Assembly (NCBI GenBank): GCA_013239625.1
Contig: MU053758.1
Location: 1,116,001-1,180,000, forward strand
Origin: Lama guanicoe
Lineage: Eukaryota
Length of the DNA stretch: 64,000 nucleotides
Direction: 5' to 3'
The notes below the pieces were generated by a model that made no database searches, had not been told where the DNA came from, and was given only the letters and a program-made list of their open reading frames with translations. A program made the translations under genes and the position numbers. Shown piece by piece: positions 1 to 12,888 of the stretch (the stretch's first letter is position 1; the number at the start of each line of letters is the position of its first letter).

Positions 1-2289
1 AGGGCTCCCTGAAGGGACCAGTGGCAACCTCTCCAATGGCAGCCTCAACACCCACCTCAGACCCACCTCTGCCCGCCTTCCAGCTGCACCTGGTGTAGCC
101 CCCACAAACGAATCTTTGGCCTTGCCTCACTTATCACCTAGACCAGGCTGGGGGACCCCCAGGATCTCCTATTGTCTGGCCTCCCAGAGAAGGGGGAGTG
201 CTGAGGAGAATGGCAGCCCCCCTCTTCCCCCTGCTTTGGGAAATAAATATCCTTGGAGATTAGATCTAATCCCTGAGCTGAGATCAGTAAAATAGGAAAG
301 TTTTGTCAGGTCAAATTAGACCTGTAATCCAGTGTGGCCCCATGGCCATGTTCCCCAACAGGGCACAAAGGTCCCTGGGGGCTCCGGCAGGTGTGTTTCA
401 CTTGCTTGACTCAACAAGGACAAATTTCTGAAAATGTGCACATTGCATCTTTGTATATGGAATATCATACTTGGGCTGGTTTTAAGAAGGTGCATTAAAA
501 GGGGGAGAGTGCTATAAAGCAATAAATCATCCTCGTGGGGGTAATCTGTTTCAGGGATAATCATAGTTTCTAGCCTTATCTCAAACTCCCCTCCCATCCC
601 TGCTCCTCCAGGAAATAAATCTCCCGAAGGTCAGGGGTTGGGCCTGACTTTCCAGCTGGTCCCTCCCAGGACGGGGAGGGGGTTGGCGCCTCCACAACCA
701 CACCTGGACCTGGTGACGTTCTTGGAAGGGCAGGCCACATGGGCGTCCACTGAATCCTGCCCACTGGGGCTCCTTCTCAAGTGTGGAGCTGAGATAGCAG
801 GATTCTGCGCCTCCCCGGGTCGCAGACATCAGAGAGGCCTACATTTTGGAGTGGGCAGAATGAGTGCTTCCCACACAAGCCCCCTCCTGTACAGATGGAA
901 ATGGTGAGCTGGCCCTTGGTTACTGTCCCTTGGGCTAGTGCTTCTCCCAATGTCCTTCCAGGAGCTTCCCAAGACCTGAGCTGTAAGTTTTCAGCCTCTC
1001 CTGATGTCTTCTGGGCTGGACATTCCACACTCAGATAGACCAGGCTTTCAGAGAAGGTGACAGAACTAGAAAGCTGTGGGTGCCTTCCTGGGACAACTGT
1101 GTATACCTCTCAGAGTGGCAGGGGAAACTTACAAAACAATATCTTCAATTCACATAGACCCCTGGGGAGGTGATAACCTCATAGCAAGTCTGCTGCAGCT
1201 AAAACCACAGGAAGTGCAATAAATGGGTTTTCTCTCACATTTGCCTGCCCCAGGGAGAGTGGGACAAAGGCAACTGGCTACTTTAAGAATTTCTTAAAGA
1301 CAATACTTCTGTTTCTCACTTGCATTTTAAAGCTTGCATTAAGTGCTTACTATGTCAGGTCTGAATCATTGATAGATAATTCTAGGCTCAAGGAGCTAAA
1401 ATTCTGTAAGGAAGGCAAATACACAACTATATCATTGCAGTACTATCTATGTACATATATATATGTGTGTGTGTGTATACATACATCATCGGTCATGGTG
1501 TATAGCATGGTTAATAGAAGCATGTGAATAAGCCCTGTAGGAACAAGAAAATTCCTGGTGGAGTAGGGGGCATATTGATTCAGGCTTTGAGGGATGAATA
1601 GGAGTTTGTCTTGATTTACACAGGGAGTAGGGAAGCCATTCCTAATCTCACCTTCTCCAGCAGCCTCTGTACCCAGGATGGAAGGCAGAGAAAGGCCTAG
1701 TGTGTGCATTCAGGGAGGGCTGGGAGAGGAGGCTGCTGAGGCTGGAGGGGCCCCATCCCAGGAGGGCCAGGCAAAGTGGATCCCTGTATGGACCATGGGC
1801 AGCCTTTGAAGGACTGTCCACCTGAGGCTGAGGGGCAGGGGGCCCTAAATAAGATGGAGGCAAACACAACCTAAGAGGCCATGAGAAACTGAGCCAGGTA
1901 GAAGCAGGCTTGGTGATGATGGGGCAGGTCTGAGACTTGGTTAGTTAGAATTTAAAGTTTAACTTGGAGGGAGAGCCAGGGAAAGTGAATTATATGTCTT
2001 TTCTGTCCCCAGTGCCTTGCTCTGAGCCTGGCACATGACACAGTTCACGTACACACATACCCAGTCCGTGGAGGAAGGTAAGATTTCAAGGCCCTGGATG
2101 CCTACCTCTCCGAGCGAGAAGGAGGGGATGAGGGTGCTTGAGGTTGTGCTGGGTTTGGAGAGCCTGGCCTAAGGAGGGGCTGATGCCCCCGCCCCTGCCC
2201 CTTGGGAGATCTTGAGGAAAGCCCTTCAGGTCAGGAGAACCACAGCCCCCCACCCAGCACCTGCCTGAGGCTTAGGGTGGGAGCAGACA

Positions 2290-2985
2290 GCTTGGGAACC
2301 GGTCTGCCAACCAGTTTAACCAGGGACTGGTTTCGACTCCAGAGTTCAAAGGAACTGAGTGCACCCCGTCCTTCCCGGGCCAGCGGGAGCAGCGGCCCTT
2401 AACCCTTTCCAAATTGTGCCTAGGGCAAAGTCCAGGTGGCAGTTCATGCTGGAAAGGGGTCTGGCCTCCTTGGGGCATGAAATGGGTGGGGCTGACCTTG
2501 GCTGTAGTGGTGGGGTGCAACCAGGCACCTGAGAGGGGGGAAACTGAGGAGAGAGGCTCCCATGTCTCTCCCCCCCGCAACCCCCTCCCCCCCCAGACTT
2601 CCCCTGGGATTTCCTCCTCCAGGCTAGGCGGTCCCTGGAGGACCCTGGCTTCTGGGTGGGTACGGGGCGCTGGGATTGGATTTCTGGGGTGATGAATATT
2701 CATCAGCCAAGACGGCTCCTGCTTCTGTTTACTTAGCCAGGAGGGGCTGGGTTTCAGGTTCACCTTGACTCCTGGAGCTGCAACAGAGCAGGTACTGCTT
2801 CTGCACCTGTTTCTCCTGCACCTGCCACACAGCTGCTCCTACCCAGCTCTCCTGGCCTGAGTCTTGCCTGGCGCGGCACCCCGGAGGTACCGCCACCTCC
2901 CAAGTCTCCCTCCAGGGCAGCTCCTACACTCAGCTCCTTCTCTAGGGAAGCTCTCGCCTCCAGCCCGGAGCAGTCGGATTTACAG
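2290..2985 (+). promoter_or_regulatory. Probable PRR15L promoter and non-coding first exon (epithelial TF motif cluster; candidate donor CAG|GTACAG at 2985/2986)
   Basis: GRHL-like AACCGGTC 2297, AACCAGTT 2309, ACTGGTTT 2326. HNF4 GGGCAAAGTCCA 2423-2434. FOXA TGTTTACTTA 2726-2735. Several CACCTG/CAGGTG boxes and local CpG enrichment. Exon limits are inferred. Confidence 0.5.
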
Positions 2986-5900
2986 GTACAGGCGGAGGGT
3001 GGGCAGGTGGGGAAACCAAAGAAAGCACAGACTCTTGTCAGGGCACCCAGTTCTGCCTCCATGGCTGACAAGCCCAGCTGGAAGAGGGAACCAGGCATGC
3101 CTGCCAGCCCCCATCTCCCCCTAGGTGGGCAGGCAGAGCTCTACTCATCCCACTGGCTTCTTGGAGTCAATCCAGGCCTCCAGCAGAGCTCCTTCTGGGA
3201 AAGTTTCACTCCAGAGCAGTTCACTATTAACTCTTGCTGAACTGGGGCCTTCCACCTCCTCCCCCTCCAGCCTGGAGGACATTTCTGGCTGTCTGGTAGG
3301 AACATCTCCCTGTCCTATCCAGGGTACCGCAGTCTTATGCAGAGTGAAGAAGCACCAAAGGGACCCTGCAGAGAGATGGGGGTCTTACGACACAGAAGCT
3401 GACTTGCTCCCTCAACCCCCTTCCACTCTTCCACCTCCGCCCCAGTCAATGGTTAACTTGTCCCAGCTCAGTAGGGGCCCAGCCCAGGCTGGGCGAGGCT
3501 CTTAGAGCAGCGCACAGAACCCAGCTGACATGGTGGGGGCTGTCCTGGGGTGCCCACGTGCATGCCAAGGTGCTGACCACTACAGGCGCGGGTTGGGGGT
3601 GGTGGTGACAGGCTGTCCCAAGGCCCTTTGTGGGTTCCCAAGCTGTGCAAATAATGGAGGTGTAGCTGGCATCCTCAGGGCTGATTCCTATCATCCCATA
3701 GATTGTAAGGCCCCAGGGCAAGGGCCCAGCCCTCAGCTTGGCCTGCTCAGGGCTCTGCACAAGCAGACATGTCATCAAACTCTAGGTCTGTTCAAAACCC
3801 CAAGTACCTCCCCTCCCCCGACCCCCCAGCCTCCTGTGATTAGGCCTGGATATGCAGTTGTAGGCATCTTGCTCTTTGCAACTTTGGATACCTGGAAAGT
3901 TTGGTTAGCATATCTCTTTTTTTTTTCTGAAGCAAATCAGATTTTATACTATCTTAGGGGTAGTTCACTATTTAAAAGAATCTTATAGCTGGGTTATTTT
4001 GTAAAACAAAGAGTAGTCTACTAATGTATCTGTTCTGCAAACTCAGACTGCATAGGTCAGGCTTGCCTAAAGGGCTTACATGTGCTCACATGTCCTCCTG
4101 GACAGAAAGGACAGGAAGGCCTGGCAGAAAAACATCCTGGACAGACCAGAGTTCAAGGCCAGGAGCCAAGGGCACCGATGCCTTGGTGCCGTGGTGAAGG
4201 CCCCAGGGCAGGGTCCCAGGGCTATTCCAACCTCTCTTTGTGGTTTTCTGACAAGTTCCTTGTGATCTATCGCTCCCTTTACTCCAAGGAGAGTGGATGC
4301 TAAGTTCAAATACCTGTGAAAGCGGGTATATTTTAACTGGCATAAGCAGAATTCATGTTCTGTCAAGGAGCTAGGCAGTTTGGTGGTTACTGTCATTCAA
4401 GAGCAGGATCCTCCACTCCCCAAGTTCCTTGGCAGCCCTTGATGGGCGGTGGTCGGGCTGCGGGACTTGCCCCAGACCAGGTGGCAACTGGGGCACCCAC
4501 AGGCCAAGCAAGTGCCCCGTCCCTCCTTCCTGGCCCTCCCCACAGCTCCTTCCAGAAACCCATTCTGGAACACCAAGTTCCGTGCAAGGCTGTGCTAAGC
4601 CCAGATGGGGCAGGCTGCCAAAGCAAAGCTCTCAGGCTGTCCCCTCGGTGCTCACCTCTCCAGGGTGCCCTAAAAGTATTTATCTGACCACTCACTCCTC
4701 CTTCACTTTCTAAGTGGGAGCTGTACTAGATCTCCCTGGGAGTCTCTTGTTACTTGAGTTCAGCTCGTGGGACAAGGTGGGATCTGCTTCCTGGACAAAG
4801 AGGTGGGAAGGAAACCCCTGGGCGTGTGCTCTGGGCAAGGAGATGGGTGTATGCAGCGACAGGGGACCACAACAGCAAGGGGGCATGGATGCAGGCACTC
4901 AGATCATTTCAAGCCTAGGTCAGCATCCTGCTTTCATTTTTCCTGAATTTGATATGCTCCCCCTCTAAAAAAAAAAAATCCATACTCATTATGGAAAATC
5001 TGAGAATCAGATAAATAGGGAGGAGAAAATATCTCCTCCTCCTTCTGCACAATGAAAACCGGTGTTAATTACTTGTTAGATTTCTTTCTGGTCTTTTTAG
5101 AAAATTTAATTCAGATCATCAGTTTTTACAAGGAGGTGATACACCTGCCTGGGCTTGGGCCAGCTGCCCAGCTCGCTTTTTGGTGAACTGTGACTATTGT
5201 ACCCTCTTCCTCAGGACCTTCTCAGCCCACACCAGGGTCCTGAGAACCAGACCACCAACCTCTCCAGGCCCAGAAGTGTCTCCATCTCTAGTCACTCTGC
5301 CTGCTCTGTCATTGATCTTAATTCTTTTAGTCTACTGTCTCTTGTTCTTGAGACATCCAGGCAACTTCTCCTGCCAGAACTTCCACTAGCTCAGACGGCA
5401 ACTTGGTGGAAATTAGTAAAAGGTGAGGCCACATCTGTGTCAGGATTCATCATGTCGTCTGTGGATTTCAGCCTGCCTGCCCCACCTCTGTGGGGTATCC
5501 TTATGGAGGATCCAGCCTGTGATAACCACATCCCACATGTACCTCTTGGCTCCCCCAGATCTCTTTTCAAATTTTCAGATCCCCTTAAAACCTCTGTCTT
5601 CATAGAAGCTGTACAGTGAAAGGGAGCCATCCCTCAGTAATTATTACATTACCATAAGGTTTACTGTGCAAAGCATGCCTACCTCATGGGCAGAGATTAA
5701 CATTAGAACTAAATGTTAGGCTGGAAGGGACAGGGGAGGACACTGAGGTCCAGAGAAACAACTTGCCAGAGGTCATGAGGCTGGAACAGTTGCCAGGACC
5801 TCCCACTCCCGGTCTCAGGTTCCTCCCCCTTAGAAAAACCCCAGCTGCTCCTTTAGTCCCGCTGGTCATCACTGGGAAGCCCAGATTACTCTGAACAACA

Positions 5901-6421
5901 TAAATATTTAATTTCGTAATGAATTCCAAGCAAAATGCTCAGAGTGTTTCTGTCTATCCGATACCAGCTGGTATCTGCCCACTTCTGGTAGCAGGGCCAG
6001 GAGGTGTAGCGGGAAGATCTGGGGAAGGTGTCCAAGGCCTGGTTGCTATGTGCCCCGGGCAGGCTATTCACCTTCCTGCAGCCCCGACAGGCCTGGAGTC
6101 TCAAAGCTGCATGACGGTGTGTGGTTGTCCCATTGTCCCCTCCACCTGGCTCAGATGGATTCCCCTTGGGTGTTTTCTTGGCCACCTCTTCCCCAGACCC
6201 TCCCTCTCCTCATATTTTCCAAAAATATTGCATCACTTACCTGAATCCTGGGTTCATTTGGCCCCTCCTTCAACTCTTTCAATCCTGGGCTATTAAAAGA
6301 GCCCCTGGTTAGGAGACAAGAAAGGGCTGCTCCAAGCGACCTGCCCCTTCTCCCCACTGACCCCTTTTTCTCCCCAACCCCTATTCCTGTAGAGCGCCCC
6401 ACCCTCAGGTCTGGAAGCGCC

Positions 6422-6724
6422 ATGACCGAAGTTGGTTGGTGGAAGCTGACTTTCCTCCGGAAAAAGAAATCCTCTCCCAAGGTTCTCTATGAGATCCCCG
6501 ATACCTATGCCCAAACTGAGGGCAGCGCGGAGCCCCCGAGGCCTGACGGCGGAGACCCTGACAGCCACTTTAACACCCGCCTGGAGAAGATTGTGGACAA
6601 GAGCACAAAGGGCAAACACGTCAAAGTCTCCAACTCGGGCCGCTTCAAGGAGAAGAAAAAAGTCCGAGCCACGTTGGCGGAGAACTCCAACCTCTTTGAT
6701 GACAGGGAGAGCAAAGGACAGTGA
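6422..6724 (+). CDS. PRR15L: Proline-rich protein 15-like (ATAD4), complete single coding exon, 100 aa
   Basis: Translation [34 protein letters not shown]...[36 protein letters not shown] matches the PRR15/PRR15L family. Kozak GCCATGA. Polypyrimidine tract with AG acceptor at 6391-6392. Lies convergent to PNPO, as in human. Confidence 0.96.
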   Translation: MTEVGWWKLTFLRKKKSSPKVLYEIPDTYAQTEGSAEPPRPDGGDPDSHFNTRLEKIVDKSTKGKHVKVSNSGRFKEKKKVRATLAENSNLFDDRESKGQ

Positions 6725-7543
6725 AGGGGGCCAAGGAGGATGCTAGCCACCTCCTCGCTCCCTGCCATCAGCCGGATCTGAGACAGGAGCTTGCCACGCT
6801 GGCCTTTTTTGGCCACAGCTGAAACCGTTGGGTAGTTGATGCCTGCTGGCGGGAAATATCTGGTTCTAAGTTTGTATTTATGTGCTCCAGCTTTCTGGAA
6901 GGCCTGAGAGATCCCAGGCCCTCCCACCCTCTCCCACCACACACAAAGGCACTCCAATTCAAGGATGAAAAGTCCCACTCAGGAAGGACAGCCCTCCTCA
7001 AAGCAGTGGCAACACCGGCAGGGAGGTGGCCATGGCAAGGAATGGAGAGGGGGAGCCGGACAGACCTCCCCACCTCCCCTCCCAGGGCACAGGGTCAAGG
7101 GTGAGTTTGAATTGCTGCTCCTTCTACTTTCTCTACCTGTGACTGTTCCTTGGATCAATTCTGAGAGTACATTTTCCAGAAGCCACGTGATAGTGGGTGG
7201 TTTCCTGGAGCTGAGGCGGAGGTGCTGAACTTGAGCTCACCTCCTAACTCAAGTGGGAAACTTCCTGGAACTTTGCTCTCAGAAGTGCAGCGGGGAGGGG
7301 ACCCTGCAGAAGGCCAGATGAGGGACCCCTCGGGTTCCCGCACATACCCTCAAAGGGAAGCTGTACTGTCCCCAGGGGTCCAAACGCGAAAGGGGGTGGG
7401 GGAGCTCTGGCAGGAGCTAAAAGCAGCCAGTTCTCCAACCCCTCCTCCCCCTACTAGTATTTAAGACGGATCAGCCCCAGAGATGAGTCCTGGAGCCTTG
7501 AATTTTGTTTAAAAAAAATAATTGTAGGTTCTTCTCTTTTTGT

Positions 7544-7549
7544 AATAAA
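7544..7549 (+). terminator. PRR15L polyadenylation signal AATAAA
   Basis: AATAAA ~820 nt after the stop, preceded by a U-rich/TGTA stretch and followed by T-rich sequence. Confidence 0.7.
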
Positions 7550-8639
7550 CAATGCTGCAAAAGCAGAGAAACTATTTATGCTCTTGTCTTGCATTTACTG
7601 AGATGCTGTTTTTCAGGCCTTTACTCCCTTCATGTAAGTAAAATGGAACTTTGTGCTTAAACTTCCTTTCCAGCATGAGAAAGGGTCTCCAGGTGTAAAA
7701 TGTAATACCTGGGTCACTAACTTCACCACCAAGCCATCTGTAGTATCTGGGGATGGAGAGAGCAAAGGAAGGAGCTATGTGCACCCCAGCAGTCAGTTCT
7801 TTCTGGTCAACAGAGGGGCCATCAGGGGCTCCAAGAGAATGGAGCAGACAGACGTTTGGTGACTGACCCCACAGACTCAGTGGTTCTGTTTGGGATCAAG
7901 ATTCAAATTCTGGTTTCCCCTTCTGGAGCTGGCTGATTTGAGGAACTTTGAAAACAAACAAACAAACAAAAAACCTCCTCTGAGCCTCAGTTTCCTCTTC
8001 TGTAAAAGGGCCTGTAATACTACCTGAGTCACAGGGAGTGGTCAGTAGTAAGTGGTCCATAAGCAGTCCTATAATAGGAGCCCAGCGAACACGGATTTTC
8101 TTCCCTTTCCTTTATGAAGGATCTCCACCATAGCCCACAGCATCTGCTTAAGGACGAGAAGAGAGCTTACTCCCTATGCTGTTAGGGCTAGACCTTCCTC
8201 AAGCTCCAGAAGCTGGGAACTGGAAAAAATTGGCCAAATCTCTGGAGCTCCTGGTGCGAAAAGGGAGAGAGCAAGGTGACAAGTAAACAGTGTGATCCAG
8301 TGGCTTCCAGGTCAGCTCCTCGCAGGCTGCTGGGCCACCCGCCCCAGGGAGCGTTAATCAGGAAATTTATTACCCAAACAAACAGACCTGTACAAGGGGG
8401 CCTTTGTTAGGTGGCCTCACCCAGGCCAGAGGGAACTCTGAGGATGAGTGAGGGAGACCAGGGGCCCGAGGGATGGAAGGCGGGCTCAGGTGTGCTACCT
8501 TCCCTGAAGCCTCTCCCCTATCCCTCCCTACCACATGGAACTTTCTAGGGTCCCACCAATTACTCAATCCATACAGCCTCCTGTGGAGGAGCTGACTTTC
8601 CCCGGCCTCCAGCCCTGCCTGGGGTCAGCAGCTGACACT

Positions 8640-8880
8640 CACAGAGGGCTCACAACAGGCCAGGCCCTGGGGCGATTACTCCATGAGGTTCCTCATTTAA
8701 TCCTCTCATCACCCGAGACAGGTGGCTTCACCATCGCCATTTTCCAGGTGACTTAGCTCTAAGGCTTAGAGAGGTCAAGTCATTAGCCCCAGGTCAGGGC
8801 TCGCAGTGGCGGAGCTGGGACCGAGGCCAGAGCTGTGCACGAGACCAGAGTTGCGCACATGACCGCTGCGTCACACAGCC
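8640..8880 (-). repeat. MIR SINE (further MIR fragments near 7890, 13000, 14950, 15300, 15850, 26700, 31450, 37050, 48550, 57750, 63000)
   Basis: ctcatttaatcctc..ccattttccaggtga..aggcttagagaggtcaagtcattagccccaggtca core. Confidence 0.7.
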
Positions 8881-9741
8881 CCTTCCACCCTTGATTTTTA
8901 TCTGCTTAGGGAGAGGAAACTGAGGCTGAGAACAAGGAAAGGAGCACAGTCATCTTCTGCAGAAGGGGAGGTGGGGTGAGAGGGGGTCATGCCTGGGCCT
9001 TGGGATCCTGGGAGGTGGGCACCATCGGAGGGGGCTGCCCCGACTTGGGAACCAGCTTCAAGGCTGAGTGTCTCCTAAAACCCCAGATTGTAGGGACCTG
9101 CCACTTCAGCGCATTCTGAGGTTCCCTGAGGCAAGTGGGGGATGAGGCTGGGCCCCTGGGCCACTGACCTGTGGTTCAACCTCATATTGATGCCACATGG
9201 CCACCGTTACCCCTCTTCGGTGAACGAGTCTGCAGGCCCCTCTGCCCCTTGCAGGCGAGCCCGCTCCATATCCCAAAGTGATGTCTGCCAGAATCTTCCA
9301 GGAAAACTCCACATATATTCCTAAGCTGGGGGACGGATGGTGGGGGTTGGGGGCAAGTACTAAAAGCCAGAGGGAGATCTGGCTGCCCAGGGAGTCAGAG
9401 CCAGGCACCTGCAAGCTTTCACGAGGCTGGAGGAGGAGGAATCGAGAGTGCAAATACGTGCAGGAGCCGGGAGAGGCTACGGGTTATCGACCACAGTTTC
9501 ACTGGGACAGGACCCAAGTGGGGGAAGGGGGAGGCAGGAGGGGCCAGCCAGAACGGCCCTGCACCACCCAGAAGGGGCCAACCCTGGGCATCGGGCTCCC
9601 CCTGCTGGACGCCCAACCTCCCCTGAGGGGAGAAGCCAGGTGGGAGGAGTTGCTTAAATCCCCCAACTCCCCTCCTTCCTGAGGGTTGGGGGACAAGACC
9701 AGGTTAGACTGAACATCAGTATCATGCAAGGCTGATGAGTT

Positions 9742-9747
9742 TTTATT
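9742..9747 (-). terminator. Probable PNPO polyadenylation signal AATAAA
   Basis: TTTATT on + strand, ~1.9 kb downstream of the PNPO stop. Confidence 0.55.
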
Positions 9748-10249
9748 ACAAACTTGGCACAGTGATTGTCAGACAGAGAAAAGGAAGGGAACAGCTGAGA
9801 CCAGGCTCAAAGCAAGGGGGATACCCAGGCCCCAATAACACAAACAGGACAAGGTAGGCACGCTCTCCTGCAGGTGGCCACAGGGTTAGCATTGGGCTTC
9901 CTGCACACAGGCTTAAGGGGGGTCAACACCCAGGGGGTGGCCCTTGGAAGAGGCAGTCAATAACAGCACACGCCCATACAGTAGAACAAGGCACAGTTTA
10001 CAGGGTAGCAAGTTCAATGCCAACGTGTACAAAGAATAGTCAGTTCTCTGATCCCGGCTTAGTCATAGCAAACATTTGTCCAGCCTGGCTCCTCTCTGCA
10101 GCCTGTAGGCCACTCACCCAGGTTGTCCCTAGTCACCAGACCTGTGCTCAAGGAAAGTAAATACTACAGTTCAGCCCAGGCCTCAGCAGGGAGCTACTGA
10201 AGAATCTAACTGTGAGGGTGGGAGGTGGTTGGTTTGGAGGTTAGGGGTA

Positions 10250-10550
10250 GTGCATCTGGGGGCGAGAGTCGGGGGTCTTGTTAAATGCAGAATGGGATTC
10301 AGTGGGTCTGGGGTGGGCTCCACCCCAGAGTGATGCTGGTGCTGCTGGCCTGTGGACCACACTGCAGTTAGCAAGGATCTACTACCAGGGGACTCAACCT
10401 TGGCTGCACAGAATTCCCTGGGGAAACTTTTAAATTTCCGGAAGTCCAGGCTGCACTCACACTGGTTAAATCATTTCTGAGGGTGGGACTGGGCATCAGG
10501 GTTTTTTAAGCTCCTCTGGTAATTCCAGTGCGGATGAAACCAGTGATCTG
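10250..10550. mobile_element. Two adjacent MER5-family hAT elements in the PNPO 3'UTR
   Basis: cttgttaaatgcaga..gattcagtgggtctggggtggg..gtgatgctggtgctgctggcctgtggaccacact, then ctcaaccttggctgcaca.. Confidence 0.65.
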
Positions 10551-10989
10551 GGAGTCGTCATTGGTAGAGGTGGGAGTGTCAGAAAGACATAATCTCTACT
10601 ATTTAACTTTATACCTGGAAAGTATGTATAATATACATACACATAAACATACATATATATATATATATAGCTTTCATAAACAAATATGGAAAGTAAAGCA
10701 TGATTAAAATCTTTCTGGCCCATAGGTACCAGCACAAGTCCCTTTAACAAAACATCCTGACTGACAGTGGCAGAACACATTACCTGACCTATTCCCTCTT
10801 GAGCAGCCCCAATCATTTGAAATCTCTTCCCATATTGAGATGAAATCTACTTCTACACAACTTCTACCTAAGGGTCCCTTGGAGCTGCAGAGAATCAATT
10901 TAGTCTCTTTTCCACACTGCTGTGCTTCAGGTAATGGAAGGCAGTTACCAGCTGGGTAAGAGCTGTAAAAATATCCTATTAGTAAATGA

Positions 10990-11420
10990 GTTAGTTAAGG
11001 TTCTTTTAGTTGTAACCAACAGAAATAGATTCTGGCTTGTTTAAGCCAAAAAAAAAATTTTTCTTTCTCTTTTAGAGATAGTGGGTGTTTTGAGGTAGGA
11101 GGAGGAATTGCACAGCCCAGACATGGGAAGGAGAGATCCAGGGGCCACATAGGGAATTGCAAGAAAAGCAACCAGAGGCTGTTGCTCCTTAGCTGCCATT
11201 ATTGGCTTGGCTACAATGACTCCCATGCTCTGAGTCTCTCCACTTCAAATTTCAATTTGGTGACAAGAAAAACCGATTGGCTAGATTGGCTCAGGTGCTT
11301 ATGCTGGGACCAATCGGCTTTGGCCAGTATGACTTTTCACGTGATTGTTACCCCAGCCGTCGAGGCTGCTGGGGGCCCATCCTCTGTCATCAGAAAAGGG
11401 AATCACACCAGCTGCTACCC
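10990..11420. mobile_element. Old MaLR (MLT1-like) LTR fragment in the PNPO 3'UTR
   Basis: gttagttaaggttcttttagttgtaaccaacagaaa..ctggcttgtttaagccaaaa; gattggctagattggctcaggtg. Confidence 0.5.
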
Positions 11421-11659
11421 CTAGAGGGAGCTATTCCAATAAACCATAGTCAAGGTCAAGAAAATATTATGGGATTATTTTCCATTTGTTACACTCCACT
11501 AGACCAGCTGAGTACAGAGAACTTGGACAATGAACTCTGAAGAGCTCTGAATATAAGAGATGGGAAGGGAAATGGGTTGAGCTTAGAAGGGCCTGGCTTC
11601 CGATCCCATACCCTCTCTTAGCACTGCCCCAGCTCCAGTCAGCACCAGCAGGTTGGGAG

Positions 11660-11869
<210 letters not shown>

Positions 11870-12067
11870 CTAGCCAGGTCAATTTGCCCTCCGCCATCCT
11901 TACCCACCCCTCCACGCCATCCCAGGTCCCCTTGAAGGAAGTTGCTGGTGTGCATCTGACAAAGGTTGCCAGGGAGGAGGAGATCTTTAATTCTACAGAC
12001 AGGGTGGCTTCAAGTAAGCATGAGGGTTCCAATGTCCCTTTCTACACAGCCACGAGGTGTCACTCAC

Positions 12068-12138
12068 CAGTATTGTGGCTTTGGCACCTCTTGTTCCTGG
12101 TAGAGCTGCTCCAGTTCCTCATTTTTCTTTCTCAGATA
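12068..12138 (-). CDS. PNPO: PNPO exon 6
   Basis: [23 protein letters not shown](W), 71 nt, AG/GTGAGT boundaries. Confidence 0.96.
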
Positions 12139-12456
12139 CTGTCCAGGGGAAGGAGATGGAGAAAGGGCCAGACCCAGTCAATGATTCATTTAATCACCAC
12201 TCACTGAGCATGTGCTCTGTGCCAGGTGCTGGGGATGCAGGTGAGCAAGGCCAGCTGGGCTCTGTCCTCCGGGAGCACAGTCCAAACGGGAAGGTCAGAC
12301 AGACATGGGAGGCCAGTTCCCTGCTCCGCATACCCACTCCCCCAGGGGAGACAGTCCATTTCACTTTGCTGGAGAGAGAGGGCCCTGGCATCCTCTGGGG
12401 ACAGCCTCAGGGGCTGAGCCAAGGCCTTCACCACTCAGAAGAGGAGCCCCACTCAC

Positions 12457-12585
12457 CTCCCGATCAGGGATCACGGAACTCTGACGACTGACCACAGCCC
12501 CAATCTGGCTGCTCTTGGGGCGGGAGTGGAAGTAGCACTTGGCCTCCTCCTCGGGTAGCTTCTTCACGGAACCCTCCACACGTAC
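12457..12585 (-). CDS. PNPO: PNPO exon 5
   Basis: VRVEGSVKKLPEEEAKCYFHSRPKSSQIGAVVSRQSSVIPDRE, 129 nt, AG/GTGAGT. Confidence 0.96.
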
Positions 12586-12834
12586 CTGCTCAGGGATGGC
12601 CCTGGTTAGATGGCATTCAAGGCTACCTGCCCTCCCTTCCAGCACAGGCCTCATGCCTCTGTCTTTCTCTTCATTCACTGCCCCACCATGTCTGACTCCA
12701 ACTAGCCCAGCTAAGTGAGAGCTATTTGAAAGGCAAGATGTTTGCCCACCCTGGGGCCCTCCACCAAGCTCATCCAGAAACTCAGGCCCCCCTACCCCAG
12801 CCCACCCCAGGCTGTCCTGCAAATGCTCACTCAC

Positions 12835-12888
12835 CTGACGGTTTAGGGGCTCCCAGTAGAAGACAAGGGAAGCAAAGGGATTCGAGTC
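12835..12888 (-). CDS. PNPO: PNPO exon 4
   Basis: DSNPFASLVFYWEPLNRQ, 54 nt, AG/GTGAGT. Confidence 0.96.
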
